A stretch of 59,555 bases of DNA from a virus (lineage: Duplodnaviria; Caudoviricetes). Every line of letters starts with the position of its first letter. The first letter of the stretch is position 1. A program made the translations under genes and the position numbers. The notes under the pieces were generated by a model. It saw only the letters and a program-made list of their open reading frames with translations, ran no database searches and was not told the origin of the DNA. Positions 10,198 to 19,818 of this stretch are shown one piece after another. The stretch covers positions 1 to 59,555 of IMG/VR virus record IMGVR_UViG_3300036770_007637; one strand, given 5' to 3'.

Positions 10198-10545
10198 TTA
10201 GCTGTCTTTGTTCGTGCTAGAGCTTTTGCTGTCGATCCATTTGCTCAAAAGAGCAGATCCAGTCCAAGTGGCCATATAGCCAGCGAAGTACCATTCTGAA
10301 AAACGCTGGTCAACTATGAGATAAATGAATCCCCAAGTGCTGACCACGAATGCGGTAAACCGCATGAACTTGTTTGAGTTGATCTTGCCATCAACGCAGA
10401 TAAGATCTTTGATGTCTACTTGGTTGTTTTTGTCGCGCTGGAAGTTCCAGATGATCAAAGCGGCTATGACTACCACTATGGCGATGACCAGATTCATAGT
10501 CTGATGTGGTTCCATAGTCATGATCATTGATGCCGCTTCGTTCAT
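10198..10545 (-). CDS. Putative holin (about 3 TM segments)
   Basis: Hydrophobic segments, charged C-terminus, end of lysis cassette. Confidence 0.5.
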   Translation of the reverse strand: MNEAASMIMTMEPHQTMNLVIAIVVVIAALIIWNFQRDKNNQVDIKDLICVDGKINSNKFMRFTAFVVSTWGFIYLIVDQRFSEWYFAGYMATWTGSALLSKWIDSKSSSTNKDS

Positions 10546-10557
10546 TGTGATTCCTGT

Positions 10558-10788
10558 TTATTTCTTGCCGTCAGGGATAGCCGTACCTTCGTGCTTTTTA
10601 CGGATCTTCACTGTGGTACAGCTCTGCTTGGGTTTCTTGGTCTTGGGATCTATCACGGGTTTACCGTCTTTGCCCTGGACGTCCACACAAACTTGTTTGG
10701 TCTCGGGCTCTTTTTTGTCATGCTTGTCGGCATAGGCAGGATACGATACTGCCAGTGCTAGACCTGCGGCGAAAATGATATGTTTCAT
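10558..10788 (-). CDS. Small exported protein with two Cys
   Basis: Signal peptide MKHIIFAAGLALAVSYPAYA; Lys-rich mature part. Confidence 0.6.
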   Translation of the reverse strand: MKHIIFAAGLALAVSYPAYADKHDKKEPETKQVCVDVQGKDGKPVIDPKTKKPKQSCTTVKIRKKHEGTAIPDGKK

Positions 10789-10800
10789 TGCATGCTCCTT

Positions 10801-11016
10801 TTATTTGATCTCTTCTAAAACATAAGTTATGGGTTGGCTGTGCCTCACCATTATGGTTTTCTTGTTCCAGTAGTCCCGGAACACTATGCAGGTGGGTTCT
10901 TTTTCAGTGAACCCACACACAAGGGTTTCATAGGCCTGATCACCTAACCAGTACGTGAGCCGGGCCTTGCTACGGAAAATCCGCTGCCACCAGGATAGTT
11001 CTTTTTCCTGGTTCAC
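10801..11016 (-). CDS. Hypothetical protein
   Basis: 71 aa ORF tiled within lysis cassette. Confidence 0.55.
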   Translation of the reverse strand: MNQEKELSWWQRIFRSKARLTYWLGDQAYETLVCGFTEKEPTCIVFRDYWNKKTIMVRHSQPITYVLEEIK

Positions 11017-11399
11017 TTCTTTTCAGCCTCCCGAGGCTCATAGTACTCTTTGTACTTGATGATTACGGCCCGCTGTTGTGCTATGAGACTGCGCAGTTCT
11101 GCTATAGTCAATGCCAAGGCTTCGTAGCCATTGTCTGTGATGGCGAACAATGCTGTGTCATCACCTTTTTCTTTGAGTCGTGCCCATACCTGTGGTGCGT
11201 TCTCTGGTGTGATGATAATCCACTCCACTTCTCTGGCCTGGAAAGGCGCAGGGTCTGGCAAATTGAGTCTGGTGCGCTCCTGTGCCTTGGTCTGCACTTC
11301 TATGGGCTTCACCGAAGATCCAAACAGACCTCCGAAACTGGCGCAACCGCTAACGAGCAGGGGCAGTATAATCGCTGTCAATAAGACCCGGACATTCAC
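11013..11399 (-). CDS. Outer-membrane spanin-like lipoprotein
   Basis: GGAGG + GTG start, lipobox LVSG-C, Pro-rich segment, overlaps end of i-spanin. Confidence 0.7.
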   Translation of the reverse strand: MNVRVLLTAIILPLLVSGCASFGGLFGSSVKPIEVQTKAQERTRLNLPDPAPFQAREVEWIIITPENAPQVWARLKEKGDDTALFAITDNGYEALALTIAELRSLIAQQRAVIIKYKEYYEPREAEKK

Positions 11400-11829
11400 G
11401 ATTGGCCTCCGTTGGTGTTTTTGCTGATTTCTCTTTGTCATTCAATGGTGCTCCTGATGCCAGTTCCAGGCAGCGGAGTGCGTTGACAGACCCTCGATTG
11501 ACCAGTTTCTCGATCACTTCAGGTTTTTCTGCTGCCAAGGCACCGATATCACGTTTGTCAAATTTACGGCTAAGAGATTCGACGTCTTTCTTCTGGCGTT
11601 CGTTCTGTGCTGACAGTTCGGCATTGGTCTTCTGTATGGTGGCGATGTCTTCACGCATCTGGTCCATCAAAGCCTGTTGTTGCTGTATGCCTTCTTGCAG
11701 TTTGGCAGAGTTGGCTTCGCTCACTGCGAGATCGGCTCTCAATCCAGTGACGTACCATATCCCACCTGCGATCACTACCACGATGATCAGGGCCACTATG
11801 GCTTTGATCGCTCCACCTATTCCAAACAT
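11350..11829 (-). CDS. Inner-membrane spanin
   Basis: N-terminal TM helix, long coiled coil, directly after endolysin. Confidence 0.7.
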   Translation of the reverse strand: MFGIGGAIKAIVALIIVVVIAGGIWYVTGLRADLAVSEANSAKLQEGIQQQQALMDQMREDIATIQKTNAELSAQNERQKKDVESLSRKFDKRDIGALAAEKPEVIEKLVNRGSVNALRCLELASGAPLNDKEKSAKTPTEANRECPGLIDSDYTAPAR

Positions 11830-11830
11830 A

Positions 11831-12457
11831 TCAGCCCTCTAGCACATGCAAGGCATGCTCATAATGCTTGATACGATCTTCAAGACCGATGAATCCGCCA
11901 TTGATCTTGCGTGTCATGGTCTTGATATCTTTGGCGTCAGCTTCTCGGTTGAGATTGTTTTGATCCCAGAACCAGCAGGCGCTCTGTACCGCTCCTTCGA
12001 ATGTCTGCAGATAGCCAGGGATTTCTTCCAGTGGAGTTTCTATAGACGCGGCAAAGATCGTGTAGTTGTTTTTTCCTGTAAGCTGGATCAAGCCACGACC
12101 ACGATAACGGAATCCATCGCCTGATGCTTCATCACCATTTCCCATACGGTTGGCGTAAATGCGATTGGCGATGGCTTCTTGTCTATTGGGTCTGGCGGCA
12201 TATTCTTCGGCCAAGGCATCTGTAGGGAAATACTTGGGGAAAACCTTGCGCAGGCTGGCTGCACGATAGTTGAGATTTTCCTGTAGGAACTGGAATCCAC
12301 CCGACTCATGAGCGCATTGGGCTATAAACGCTGCCACACGGGTGGGTGTGTTGATATCATATTCGGGCAGTATCGCGTTGAGAGCATTACACCATTGTGC
12401 AATGTATCGGTTTTTTGGTAGCAGTTCTACTAGTTGTTGTTCGGTTATCACGGACAT
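11831..12457 (-). CDS. GH19 (chitinase-like) endolysin
   Basis: AAFIAQCAHESGGF, ENLNY, YRGRGLIQLTG, TRKINGG. Confidence 0.9.
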   Translation of the reverse strand: MSVITEQQLVELLPKNRYIAQWCNALNAILPEYDINTPTRVAAFIAQCAHESGGFQFLQENLNYRAASLRKVFPKYFPTDALAEEYAARPNRQEAIANRIYANRMGNGDEASGDGFRYRGRGLIQLTGKNNYTIFAASIETPLEEIPGYLQTFEGAVQSACWFWDQNNLNREADAKDIKTMTRKINGGFIGLEDRIKHYEHALHVLEG

Positions 12458-12482
12458 TGTGGGTCTCCTTCCGGGTATTTAG

Positions 12483-13640
12483 TCAGTGCATAGGAGTAAA
12501 AAGCCACTCATGATTTTCGTTTCGTATTTGATCTAATAGTTTGTTATATTGTTGACTTAGTTCTAATCTATTTTTTGGAGTTTTTTCCTGACTCTGTAGG
12601 ATTTTTGTGAGTGCATCAATGGCATCAATTTGAGATTTTTGTAATTTTGTACGCTCGAAACTCGCGAGATAATCTAATGCTTGTGTTTTCTGATCGTTGC
12701 TCAGGATATCCGGAGACATGTACATGGGCCATTGGCAAAATTGTATAAATTGAGTGCGACCATTGCTACGGTGGCTGTATTTGTATCCGAGATCATTTAC
12801 AAATCGAAACAATGGCTTCAGTTGGAAAACATTGAGATTCGTAACGATAGTGCCTATGTTTACCGACGGAGATATGTCAAACATTGTTTCAATATTACGA
12901 CTAACAACCGGCCATACTGTGCCTGCCCGGATTATTTCAGCTGCCGTTCCTACTGCGTCAAGGCTCAAAGTCCAATGTATGTTAGGCAGTTCTCTGGTGA
13001 TTTCTGTCCAATAAGGATCTGTAAAACTAGCGTTGCTGGTGATCATTACTTGTACATCATAAATTCCGTGATGTCTGATATGATCGATGATTTTTTTTAC
13101 CAGTGGTATTTTGGTTGGTTCTCCACCTGTGAACATCAGTCTTTTTATGTTGGATAAATTTTCTATTATCCAATGATAGTCTTCAAGTTCTGTCGAAGCA
13201 GTTTTTGAATCTGGCAATTTTAGATCGTGTAGATGATCATTTTTTATAGATAAAAAATCCTTCAATGATTTGTTGTGTTTTATTTCATTTGCGATTCCGT
13301 TGCTGAAGTAAGGTTCGCAACTCCGGCACTTAAAATTACAGATATTACTGGATCTATAATCTACATAATCAATCTGTGTTTCTGTGAATATTTCAGTGCC
13401 GTAATCTTTTATCGCACCCAGTCTGGTACTATGATTCGATTTTTTTTCGTTTTCGATGCAAAAACTACAACCTTCAGGTATTTTTCCTTGAAGGAATGAG
13501 GATTGTAATTCCTTTAGTTCTGGGCTTTTGATCCATTGTTCGACAGATACAGGAGACTGGTACTTGTAAGAACAGCAAGGCTTGACGCCTCGAGGTTCTA
13601 CAAACACATGTTTGAAGGGTAAAGGGCAGTAATTTTCCAC
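12483..13640 (-). CDS. Radical SAM protein with N-terminal Cys-rich (SPASM/twitch-like) domain
   Basis: CNFKCRSC, FTGGEP, SLDA; N-terminal CPLPF..PCC..CSFC. Confidence 0.85.
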   Translation of the reverse strand: MENYCPLPFKHVFVEPRGVKPCCSYKYQSPVSVEQWIKSPELKELQSSFLQGKIPEGCSFCIENEKKSNHSTRLGAIKDYGTEIFTETQIDYVDYRSSNICNFKCRSCEPYFSNGIANEIKHNKSLKDFLSIKNDHLHDLKLPDSKTASTELEDYHWIIENLSNIKRLMFTGGEPTKIPLVKKIIDHIRHHGIYDVQVMITSNASFTDPYWTEITRELPNIHWTLSLDAVGTAAEIIRAGTVWPVVSRNIETMFDISPSVNIGTIVTNLNVFQLKPLFRFVNDLGYKYSHRSNGRTQFIQFCQWPMYMSPDILSNDQKTQALDYLASFERTKLQKSQIDAIDALTKILQSQEKTPKNRLELSQQYNKLLDQIRNENHEWLFTPMH

Positions 13641-13647
13641 CTACTAT

Positions 13648-14187
13648 TTACAGTAGGCCGGCTGCGCTTTGCAAACTTTTGATATCGCGTTCACGCTTAT
13701 AGATCTGCTTGACAGGCAAACCAGATGCATGGCGCATCTCATTGAGATCTTTTTCTTCACGCTTGCGATATTCTGCAGGACTAGTAGGAACCACACGGTT
13801 GAATGTGTCCACGGAGAAAGGATATTCCTCGCCGCGATAATGCATGGTCCAACCCGAGCCTTCGTGCTCTGTGAGAGTGTGGAAATCATCCAACAGCTCT
13901 TGCAGTTTTTCACCTGTGGTACTGCGACGCTTCATTTCTACATAAACGAGATAACGGTTGGGTTTGATTTCACCTGGACTCATGTCGGCGTCCAGAACGA
14001 AATCATAGCCCTTTTCAAACCAGTTCACTAGATCTTTGGCGGCCTGGCGATCACGCACGAAGAAGGACGCAACTACTATCTCATCGTCATCTCCCATCTT
14101 GGATGCGAATTCGTCTATGTGGATGGTAGGCTTCATCATGCCCACGAGATCTTTATATTTCATCCCTTCAGATAAGAGGTGGGGCAC
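13648..14187 (-). CDS. Conserved-looking phage protein, possibly head-associated
   Basis: GGAGG + GTG start giving MPHLLSEG...; C-terminal LQSAAGL. Confidence 0.55.
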   Translation of the reverse strand: MPHLLSEGMKYKDLVGMMKPTIHIDEFASKMGDDDEIVVASFFVRDRQAAKDLVNWFEKGYDFVLDADMSPGEIKPNRYLVYVEMKRRSTTGEKLQELLDDFHTLTEHEGSGWTMHYRGEEYPFSVDTFNRVVPTSPAEYRKREEKDLNEMRHASGLPVKQIYKRERDIKSLQSAAGLL

Positions 14188-14761
14188 CTGCAGGTCCTCC
14201 TGGTGATTGCATCTGTTGCTGGGTGTCCTGGGCTGAACCAGCATCTTGATACTGTTCTTGGTCTAGATCTTCTTGATATGCCGAATCTAGCTCTTCGAGA
14301 TCAATGTCTTGATCTTCTAGCTCGATGGATCCTGTGCGGATATCATTCATGAGATGCTTGGGCATGATGATCTCTACTAGCCAAACAGGTTTTTCAGTGA
14401 GTTTGGCTTTGTGTGTGCCAGGACGGAAATCTGAGGGCCGTTCCAGTTTCACGGGCACTTTGATCTTGGTCTTCTTGAATTTCACATCGCAATCAAAAGG
14501 CAGCAGTCTGCGGGCACCACGTGGATCGGGCATGAGATCGCCAGGCCACATGAATATGCAACCCACTTTGTAGGCGCCTATATCGGGTCCAGAAACCAGC
14601 TCACCTAGCTCCCAGTTCTGGAAAGCGTAGAGATCCATCTCGTCCAGCACACGCTCGAAATCCAGCAGTGTGGTTAGGCTTCCGTCTGACAAGTAGATAT
14701 CACGGATATTATCGGCTACCATCCAGTAGTCTGTGGCGCCTTTGAAGATCTTTGAGTCCAT
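14168..14761 (-). CDS. Hypothetical phage protein with acidic tail
   Basis: Start MDSKIFK 4 nt after TAAATA. Confidence 0.65.
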   Translation of the reverse strand: MDSKIFKGATDYWMVADNIRDIYLSDGSLTTLLDFERVLDEMDLYAFQNWELGELVSGPDIGAYKVGCIFMWPGDLMPDPRGARRLLPFDCDVKFKKTKIKVPVKLERPSDFRPGTHKAKLTEKPVWLVEIIMPKHLMNDIRTGSIELEDQDIDLEELDSAYQEDLDQEQYQDAGSAQDTQQQMQSPGGPAGAPPLI

Positions 14762-14931
14762 GATATATTTACCTGCGGGCGAGATTTGTGTTTTTTTGGT
14801 GTGGTACTGTTTTTGGTGTAGCCTAATACTTAGCAGAGAAATCTCAGTATTCTGTCCTCTGATATGAGCGAAATCTCCCACCTAAATATTCATGTGAGGT
14901 AGCGCACATTATGTTCAAAGGAGAACCGACA

Positions 14932-15663
14932 TTGAGTAGAGCAAGAGGAGCGAAAGCTCAAAAACGCATGCAAACGCAAGAAAACACCATCAATTTCAAT
15001 CAAGCACTCCGCCAACAACCCAGGCCCATAGACCTGGTGCCAAAAACCCGCAATCAAGAACGTCTCATAGTGAATCTGTTAGATCCCGGCCAGCACATAG
15101 TGGTGGCTGTAGGTCCTGCTGGAACGGGCAAGACCTATCTGGCCATGCAAGCGGCCATCAAGGCTCTCAGATCAGGTTCATGTGACAGGATAGTTCTTAC
15201 CCGTCCTGCGGTAGGTGTGGAAGATGAAAAGCATGGTTTCCTCCCGGGCGACCTTATATCGAAGATGGAGCCGTGGACCAGACCCTTGCTGGATGTGTTG
15301 AGAGAATACTACAGACCTCAAGATATCGCACGGATGATGGAAGACCAGATCATAGAAATCTCCCCTTTAGCATTCATGCGGGGACGTACTTTCAAATCTA
15401 GTTGGATCATCGCTGACGAGATGCAGAATGCAACTCCAGGACAAATGAAAATGCTTTTGAGCCGTATTGGTACAGGCTCAAAAATAGTAGTCACGGGTGA
15501 CGTTGAACAGACCGACCGAAACAAGAAAGACAATGGCCTCCTAGATCTCTGTGAGAGACTGAAAGCCCAAGCGGCAAATGGCCTAACCGTGTGTACCTTA
15601 GGGAATCGGGACATCCAACGTCACCCCATTATTGATACAGTGCTAGGACTCTATGCAGAATAG
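14932..15663 (+). CDS. phoH: PhoH-family ATPase
   Basis: GPAGTGKT, LTRPAV, GFLPG, PLAFMRGRT, DEMQN, RHP; AAGGAG before TTG 14932 (alternative ATG 14911). Confidence 0.93.
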   Translation: MSRARGAKAQKRMQTQENTINFNQALRQQPRPIDLVPKTRNQERLIVNLLDPGQHIVVAVGPAGTGKTYLAMQAAIKALRSGSCDRIVLTRPAVGVEDEKHGFLPGDLISKMEPWTRPLLDVLREYYRPQDIARMMEDQIIEISPLAFMRGRTFKSSWIIADEMQNATPGQMKMLLSRIGTGSKIVVTGDVEQTDRNKKDNGLLDLCERLKAQAANGLTVCTLGNRDIQRHPIIDTVLGLYAE

Positions 15664-16268
15664 GAGGAACCAGTAATCCTACGGAAGATTTCAGCCCAGT
15701 TCTTGCAGATCAAGATGTCTGGGTGATCGTAGTTCATGTTGTGACCGTGCTCCAGCAGGATGGGTCGTAGCCCTGCTCGCCATCCTGCTAGGGCATTTTC
15801 GGGCTTGTCTTCGATCCACCAGCAGCCTGTGCCTTCGTATTCTTCCAAAGCCTCATCTTTGTGTGCGCCAGTGTCCAAGCACACTACTCGCTCAAACGCA
15901 GTGGAGCCATAGATCTTATGTAGATTCATCTCCCGCAGTTTCTGGGCGTTTTCATCCCGGCTTAGACTAGTGATACAATGGAACCTATAGCCGTATTCTT
16001 CGTGCAATCTTTTCACGTAATACACTGAATCGCGCAGAGCAGGAAGGAAGCCGATGCTGGCCGACTCGTTGAAGATCTTTATGAGCTTGCGGATCTGTTC
16101 TTTTGATGTGCCGTATCTGACACCCATGTCATAATGTAGCTTGGCATCAGGTTGTTCTTCGAATCCATGCTGTTGGACCCATACGTTGAAAGCCCACTCC
16201 CAATCCAGGAGCACGCCATCGCAATCAACTAGGATCAGGCGATCCAGATTTTTCCACCGAGATTTCAT
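15651..16268 (-). CDS. HAD-family 5'(3')-nucleotidase-like phosphatase
   Basis: LVDCDGVL, ITS, WIEDK motifs. Confidence 0.75.
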   Translation of the reverse strand: MKSRWKNLDRLILVDCDGVLLDWEWAFNVWVQQHGFEEQPDAKLHYDMGVRYGTSKEQIRKLIKIFNESASIGFLPALRDSVYYVKRLHEEYGYRFHCITSLSRDENAQKLREMNLHKIYGSTAFERVVCLDTGAHKDEALEEYEGTGCWWIEDKPENALAGWRAGLRPILLEHGHNMNYDHPDILICKNWAEIFRRITGSSYSA

Positions 16269-16515
16269 AACCGTTTTCTTTGAACAAACGTTCTATTATA
16301 TTGGGATAGTGCTGATGATAAAAGCTGGCGATGCGCTGGAAGTCTTTGGGAATCACTGTACCTGCCAGGCTAGCTTTGACCACTTTGCATTCTTTGAAAT
16401 CCAAAATAACGGCCGCTGATTGCAGATCGCGCATCTTTACTCGCTTGGCCACAGTAGTGTTTTCGTCCATCTTGCCATTGGCTTTTTGGTAATAGTTGAC
16501 TATGAAATATCTCAT
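16225..16515 (-). CDS. Hypothetical protein
   Basis: 96 aa ORF coupled to clamp loader. Confidence 0.6.
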   Translation of the reverse strand: MRYFIVNYYQKANGKMDENTTVAKRVKMRDLQSAAVILDFKECKVVKASLAGTVIPKDFQRIASFYHQHYPNIIERLFKENGYEISVEKSGSPDPS

Positions 16516-17432
16516 TGCAGATTCGCTAGTTCAATCATGGTAGCGGCAAGATTGATCTCTTGATCTGCTACCATGGGTATGTTTACGATACCGTTGCGGA
16601 TTATCACGATGGCTTGATCCTGCTTGTGTGGATCTACACTCCAGAGGTCTAGATTATCATACATCCAGCGGAACACTTCTTCCATCTCTTCGGGTCGGGC
16701 CGAAGCACACATCAATTTGCGAGCTTCTTGGATACGCCCGGCTTTGAACAGTTGTACTACATCAGCTTTCCATTCTTTCACACCACCCTCGTCACCATGC
16801 GGAGCATCCAGACGACCTTCTGTACTGTTCATCTGGCACATGTTTAGGCATTTGCGCAGATCTGGGTATGTGGCTTTGACGTAGGTGTCTAGCGTGTCGA
16901 GATCGAATTCAACTGCTTCAGTGACAAGTACAGTAGCCATACGAGCAGTGAATTCAGTAACGTCAACCCGTTCAATGTGGAAGCCCTGGCATCTTGAATG
17001 TAGAGCAGGTATGACTCGATTGGGATAGTTACAAGTAAGGATAAACCTAGCACTCGCGTGATACGTCTCCATGACGCCACGCAACGCGGCTTGCCCGTTT
17101 GGCGAAATATAGTCTGCCTCATCAAGCAGGACCACCTTGAACGCACCGAACGGCATCGTCTGCACGAACCCTGTGATCTTATCACGGATGGTATCAACTG
17201 AGTTCTCCCTACTAGCATTTATCTCTAGTACGTCATAGTCATCTATGCCCAGTTCATTGATCAGGATCTTGGCCAAGGTGGTCTTGCCCACGCCTGGCGC
17301 TCCACTGAACAACAGGTGAGGAATCGCGCCCGACTTCACCCATCCTTCGACCTGTTTCCGCTGTTCATCATCGCGGAACACATAATCTGTGAGTACGCGA
17401 GGTCTATATTTTTCTGTCCAGAGTTCTTTCAT
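16512..17432 (-). CDS. Clamp loader ATPase subunit (RFC small / T4 gp44-like)
   Basis: LWTEKYRP, GAPGVGKT, EINAS, LDEAD, SRC. Confidence 0.9.
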   Translation of the reverse strand: MKELWTEKYRPRVLTDYVFRDDEQRKQVEGWVKSGAIPHLLFSGAPGVGKTTLAKILINELGIDDYDVLEINASRENSVDTIRDKITGFVQTMPFGAFKVVLLDEADYISPNGQAALRGVMETYHASARFILTCNYPNRVIPALHSRCQGFHIERVDVTEFTARMATVLVTEAVEFDLDTLDTYVKATYPDLRKCLNMCQMNSTEGRLDAPHGDEGGVKEWKADVVQLFKAGRIQEARKLMCASARPEEMEEVFRWMYDNLDLWSVDPHKQDQAIVIIRNGIVNIPMVADQEINLAATMIELANLQ

Positions 17433-17629
17433 TCACTTCGTCCATTTGTGCAAGAATCTCCCCAGAGTTCCTGGGCCTGTTTCTTGTATTGTTCGATTTC
17501 CCATTCATTGAGTTTAGCACGATAATCGGATTCTGTCAACCCGTGCCATCCCATACATAGTCCGTTGGGACTGCGACCGCAACCACAAGGTACACCACCT
17601 TCTTGGAATTGGCTAGCTCTTACTTGCAT
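17429..17629 (-). CDS. CDGSH-like iron-sulfur/zinc-binding protein
   Basis: CGCGRSPNGLCMGWH resembles CxCxxS..CDGSH. Confidence 0.6.
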   Translation of the reverse strand: MQVRASQFQEGGVPCGCGRSPNGLCMGWHGLTESDYRAKLNEWEIEQYKKQAQELWGDSCTNGRSE

Positions 17630-17643
17630 CTGATAATCCTTTT

Positions 17644-18015
17644 TTAGGTACCCGAGACGGCTTCCGAAATGGTGTCGTCGGCTGCTGGCGCTTCGTCTGA
17701 TACCAGCAGTATATCTTTTGGATCAATTTTGCGAATGGTCCGAACACCTTCTGTGTCTTCGATTTCTAACCCACGTGTCCAACGACCATGTGCCACGCAG
17801 ATCCACTGTCCTACCATGACATCTTTCTGTTCTGGACCAACAGCATATACCTGCCCCCAACGAGGGCGGATTCCAGATGATTTACCGTCGTCCTGAGGTA
17901 GTATGATCCCTGAACTCAAAGTACGGGTTTCTTTGAACATCATGTTGCTCACTATGACAGAGTCATTGAGAGCACGTAGATGAGAGATTCGGGTAGGTGC
18001 GTATGCGGCTTTCAT
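17644..18015 (-). CDS. groES: GroES-like co-chaperonin
   Basis: LRALNDSVIV, SSGIILP mobile loop, GQVYAVGP. Confidence 0.8.
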   Translation of the reverse strand: MKAAYAPTRISHLRALNDSVIVSNMMFKETRTLSSGIILPQDDGKSSGIRPRWGQVYAVGPEQKDVMVGQWICVAHGRWTRGLEIEDTEGVRTIRKIDPKDILLVSDEAPAADDTISEAVSGT

Positions 18016-18455
18016 TATATCTTAGTCACTCCAGATTGTTCTTGTTTGAGCTGCCGAGGAGTCTTGAGAGGCTCCTGTTTGATAGCCCGAGCTTTGGCGA
18101 TGGCAGCGGCTAGTCCACCTGCTGAATCAGCCGATGTGGTCTGTGGCTGTTCGACCACAGGCGGTGGAGATGCGACGGGTTCCACTTTGATAGATTGAGC
18201 GACCGGCGCTGGTTCGTCGGCCTTGGCCTTGCGGCTGGTCTTCACAGGTTCGTCTTGCACATTGCTGACCTGGCGATTGTATTGTCGGCTCACTTGTTGT
18301 GTGCGACTTTTCACGGACTTATTGCGGCTATCAACGATGTCGCCTCGGGCATTTACGCCCATGTTTCCCACAGCACGAGTGTTTTCGTTTTGTAGGATGA
18401 TACTGCCCAGATCCACTACTTTACCTTGGGCGGTTCGATAAATTTTCTTGGTCAT
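18015..18455 (-). CDS. Hypothetical phage protein
   Basis: YRTAQGKVVD..AVGNMGVNARGD; own TAAATA and AAGGAG. Confidence 0.65.
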   Translation of the reverse strand: MTKKIYRTAQGKVVDLGSIILQNENTRAVGNMGVNARGDIVDSRNKSVKSRTQQVSRQYNRQVSNVQDEPVKTSRKAKADEPAPVAQSIKVEPVASPPPVVEQPQTTSADSAGGLAAAIAKARAIKQEPLKTPRQLKQEQSGVTKI

Positions 18456-18480
18456 TAGGGACTCCTTTGTTTGCGGTTAT

Positions 18481-18993
18481 TTAACGCAAGAATTCCTGGG
18501 GGTCTAAATCATAGTACATGCTATCAATCCGATGTACACCCAGGAGATACAGCACATAACTGGCCACGCTACTACCACGACCCACACCCCAGATCACGTT
18601 GTTTTGTTTCATCACATCTACGAGATACTTCATATAACGCAGGAGATCAAACAGATCATGTTGTTGATACAACAATAGTTCTTGACCCGCCCGCTGTAGT
18701 TGTGCTTGGGTATCGCACAACGACAGTATGTATTCGGCGATGTTCATGTCGCGATATTCATCGGGCATGTGCCAATGGCTTTGTTGCCGGGCATGAAATT
18801 CTGGAACCGAGCATGAATGGAATCGTTGTGCCAGCAGATCTGGTATAGGATCGATATTGTCAGGAAATTTAGAAAGATCCACAGCCTGATCTACGATCAT
18901 GTTTTTGATCCTTCGGATGTCGTGCCCTTGCATCACAAGATCGATCACATCATCTTCGGTGAAAATCATTTCTCCAAATTTATTCTGTTTCAT
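18481..18993 (-). CDS. Stand-alone DNA polymerase III alpha (DnaE) fragment
   Basis: WGVGRGSSVASYVLYLLGVHRID..EFLR matches DnaE GPGRGSxxGSLVxYxLGITxIDP..ERFL. Confidence 0.75.
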   Translation of the reverse strand: MKQNKFGEMIFTEDDVIDLVMQGHDIRRIKNMIVDQAVDLSKFPDNIDPIPDLLAQRFHSCSVPEFHARQQSHWHMPDEYRDMNIAEYILSLCDTQAQLQRAGQELLLYQQHDLFDLLRYMKYLVDVMKQNNVIWGVGRGSSVASYVLYLLGVHRIDSMYYDLDPQEFLR

Positions 18994-19588
18994 CTTTGCG
19001 GAATGCCACTACTGTTTTGTTGGTTTCTTCTTGAGATTCTTGGTCCTCGTCGTCATCTTCCCAATGCAGATCTAGATCGCGCCAGGTGGTAGGTCGTTGT
19101 AGTTTTACCACTTTACCTCCGCCAGATATTGCACCCTGGGCTCGAGGTTCAGGATCTGTCCACCAACCTTCATTTTCAAATGGGCCTATTCCTTCGGATG
19201 CATCTTGATGATATACTATACCTTCACCTAGGCTGGAACTCACACTAAGCTGACCAATCTCCATATGATCTTCCATAGCGGCAGTGATCTTAGAGAATAG
19301 CATCATTCCCACGATCTGGTCAACCGGTATTTCGGGCAAGCTGATCACCCTCATTCCGGCTGATTCCAACTTCTTGATGGCCGCACGATCTTCTTCACAG
19401 GCAAATACCGAATTGGTCATCATGTTTTCCACGAGATATCGGATGCGATCCAATGCTATGTTGTGTTCTTGATTGTCCATGCTCATGGTGCGCATCTTGA
19501 CTACCAAGTGGTAGTGATTGAACAGCACACGATCTTCCCAATATACCGCGGCTAAGAAATCGGTTTCGTAATCTATGCGTGCGTTCAT
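18980..19588 (-). CDS. Hypothetical protein
   Basis: 202 aa tiled ORF. Confidence 0.65.
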   Translation of the reverse strand: MNARIDYETDFLAAVYWEDRVLFNHYHLVVKMRTMSMDNQEHNIALDRIRYLVENMMTNSVFACEEDRAAIKKLESAGMRVISLPEIPVDQIVGMMLFSKITAAMEDHMEIGQLSVSSSLGEGIVYHQDASEGIGPFENEGWWTDPEPRAQGAISGGGKVVKLQRPTTWRDLDLHWEDDDEDQESQEETNKTVVAFRKDETE

Positions 19589-19818
19589 GATATTTTTATC
19601 TTGTCATCAAAAGATTGTTGTGCGGCTTGATACTGCTCGTCTTGCCGTTGCCGCATTTTGTTGCTGTAGCTCTCGATGGCCATCCGGATCTGATCACAGA
19701 GATATCCATTGCCACTGCGATGTGCCACGGAAAGTTTTCGGTGCAGATCGTTGATCTTTTCAGACAGTTGTTCTATGGTGAGCTCGTCTAAGTTGCCGAT
19801 CAGCGGATGTTCCATCAC
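19585..19818 (-). CDS. Small coiled-coil hypothetical protein
   Basis: 77 aa tiled ORF. Confidence 0.6.
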   Translation of the reverse strand: MMEHPLIGNLDELTIEQLSEKINDLHRKLSVAHRSGNGYLCDQIRMAIESYSNKMRQRQDEQYQAAQQSFDDKIKIS

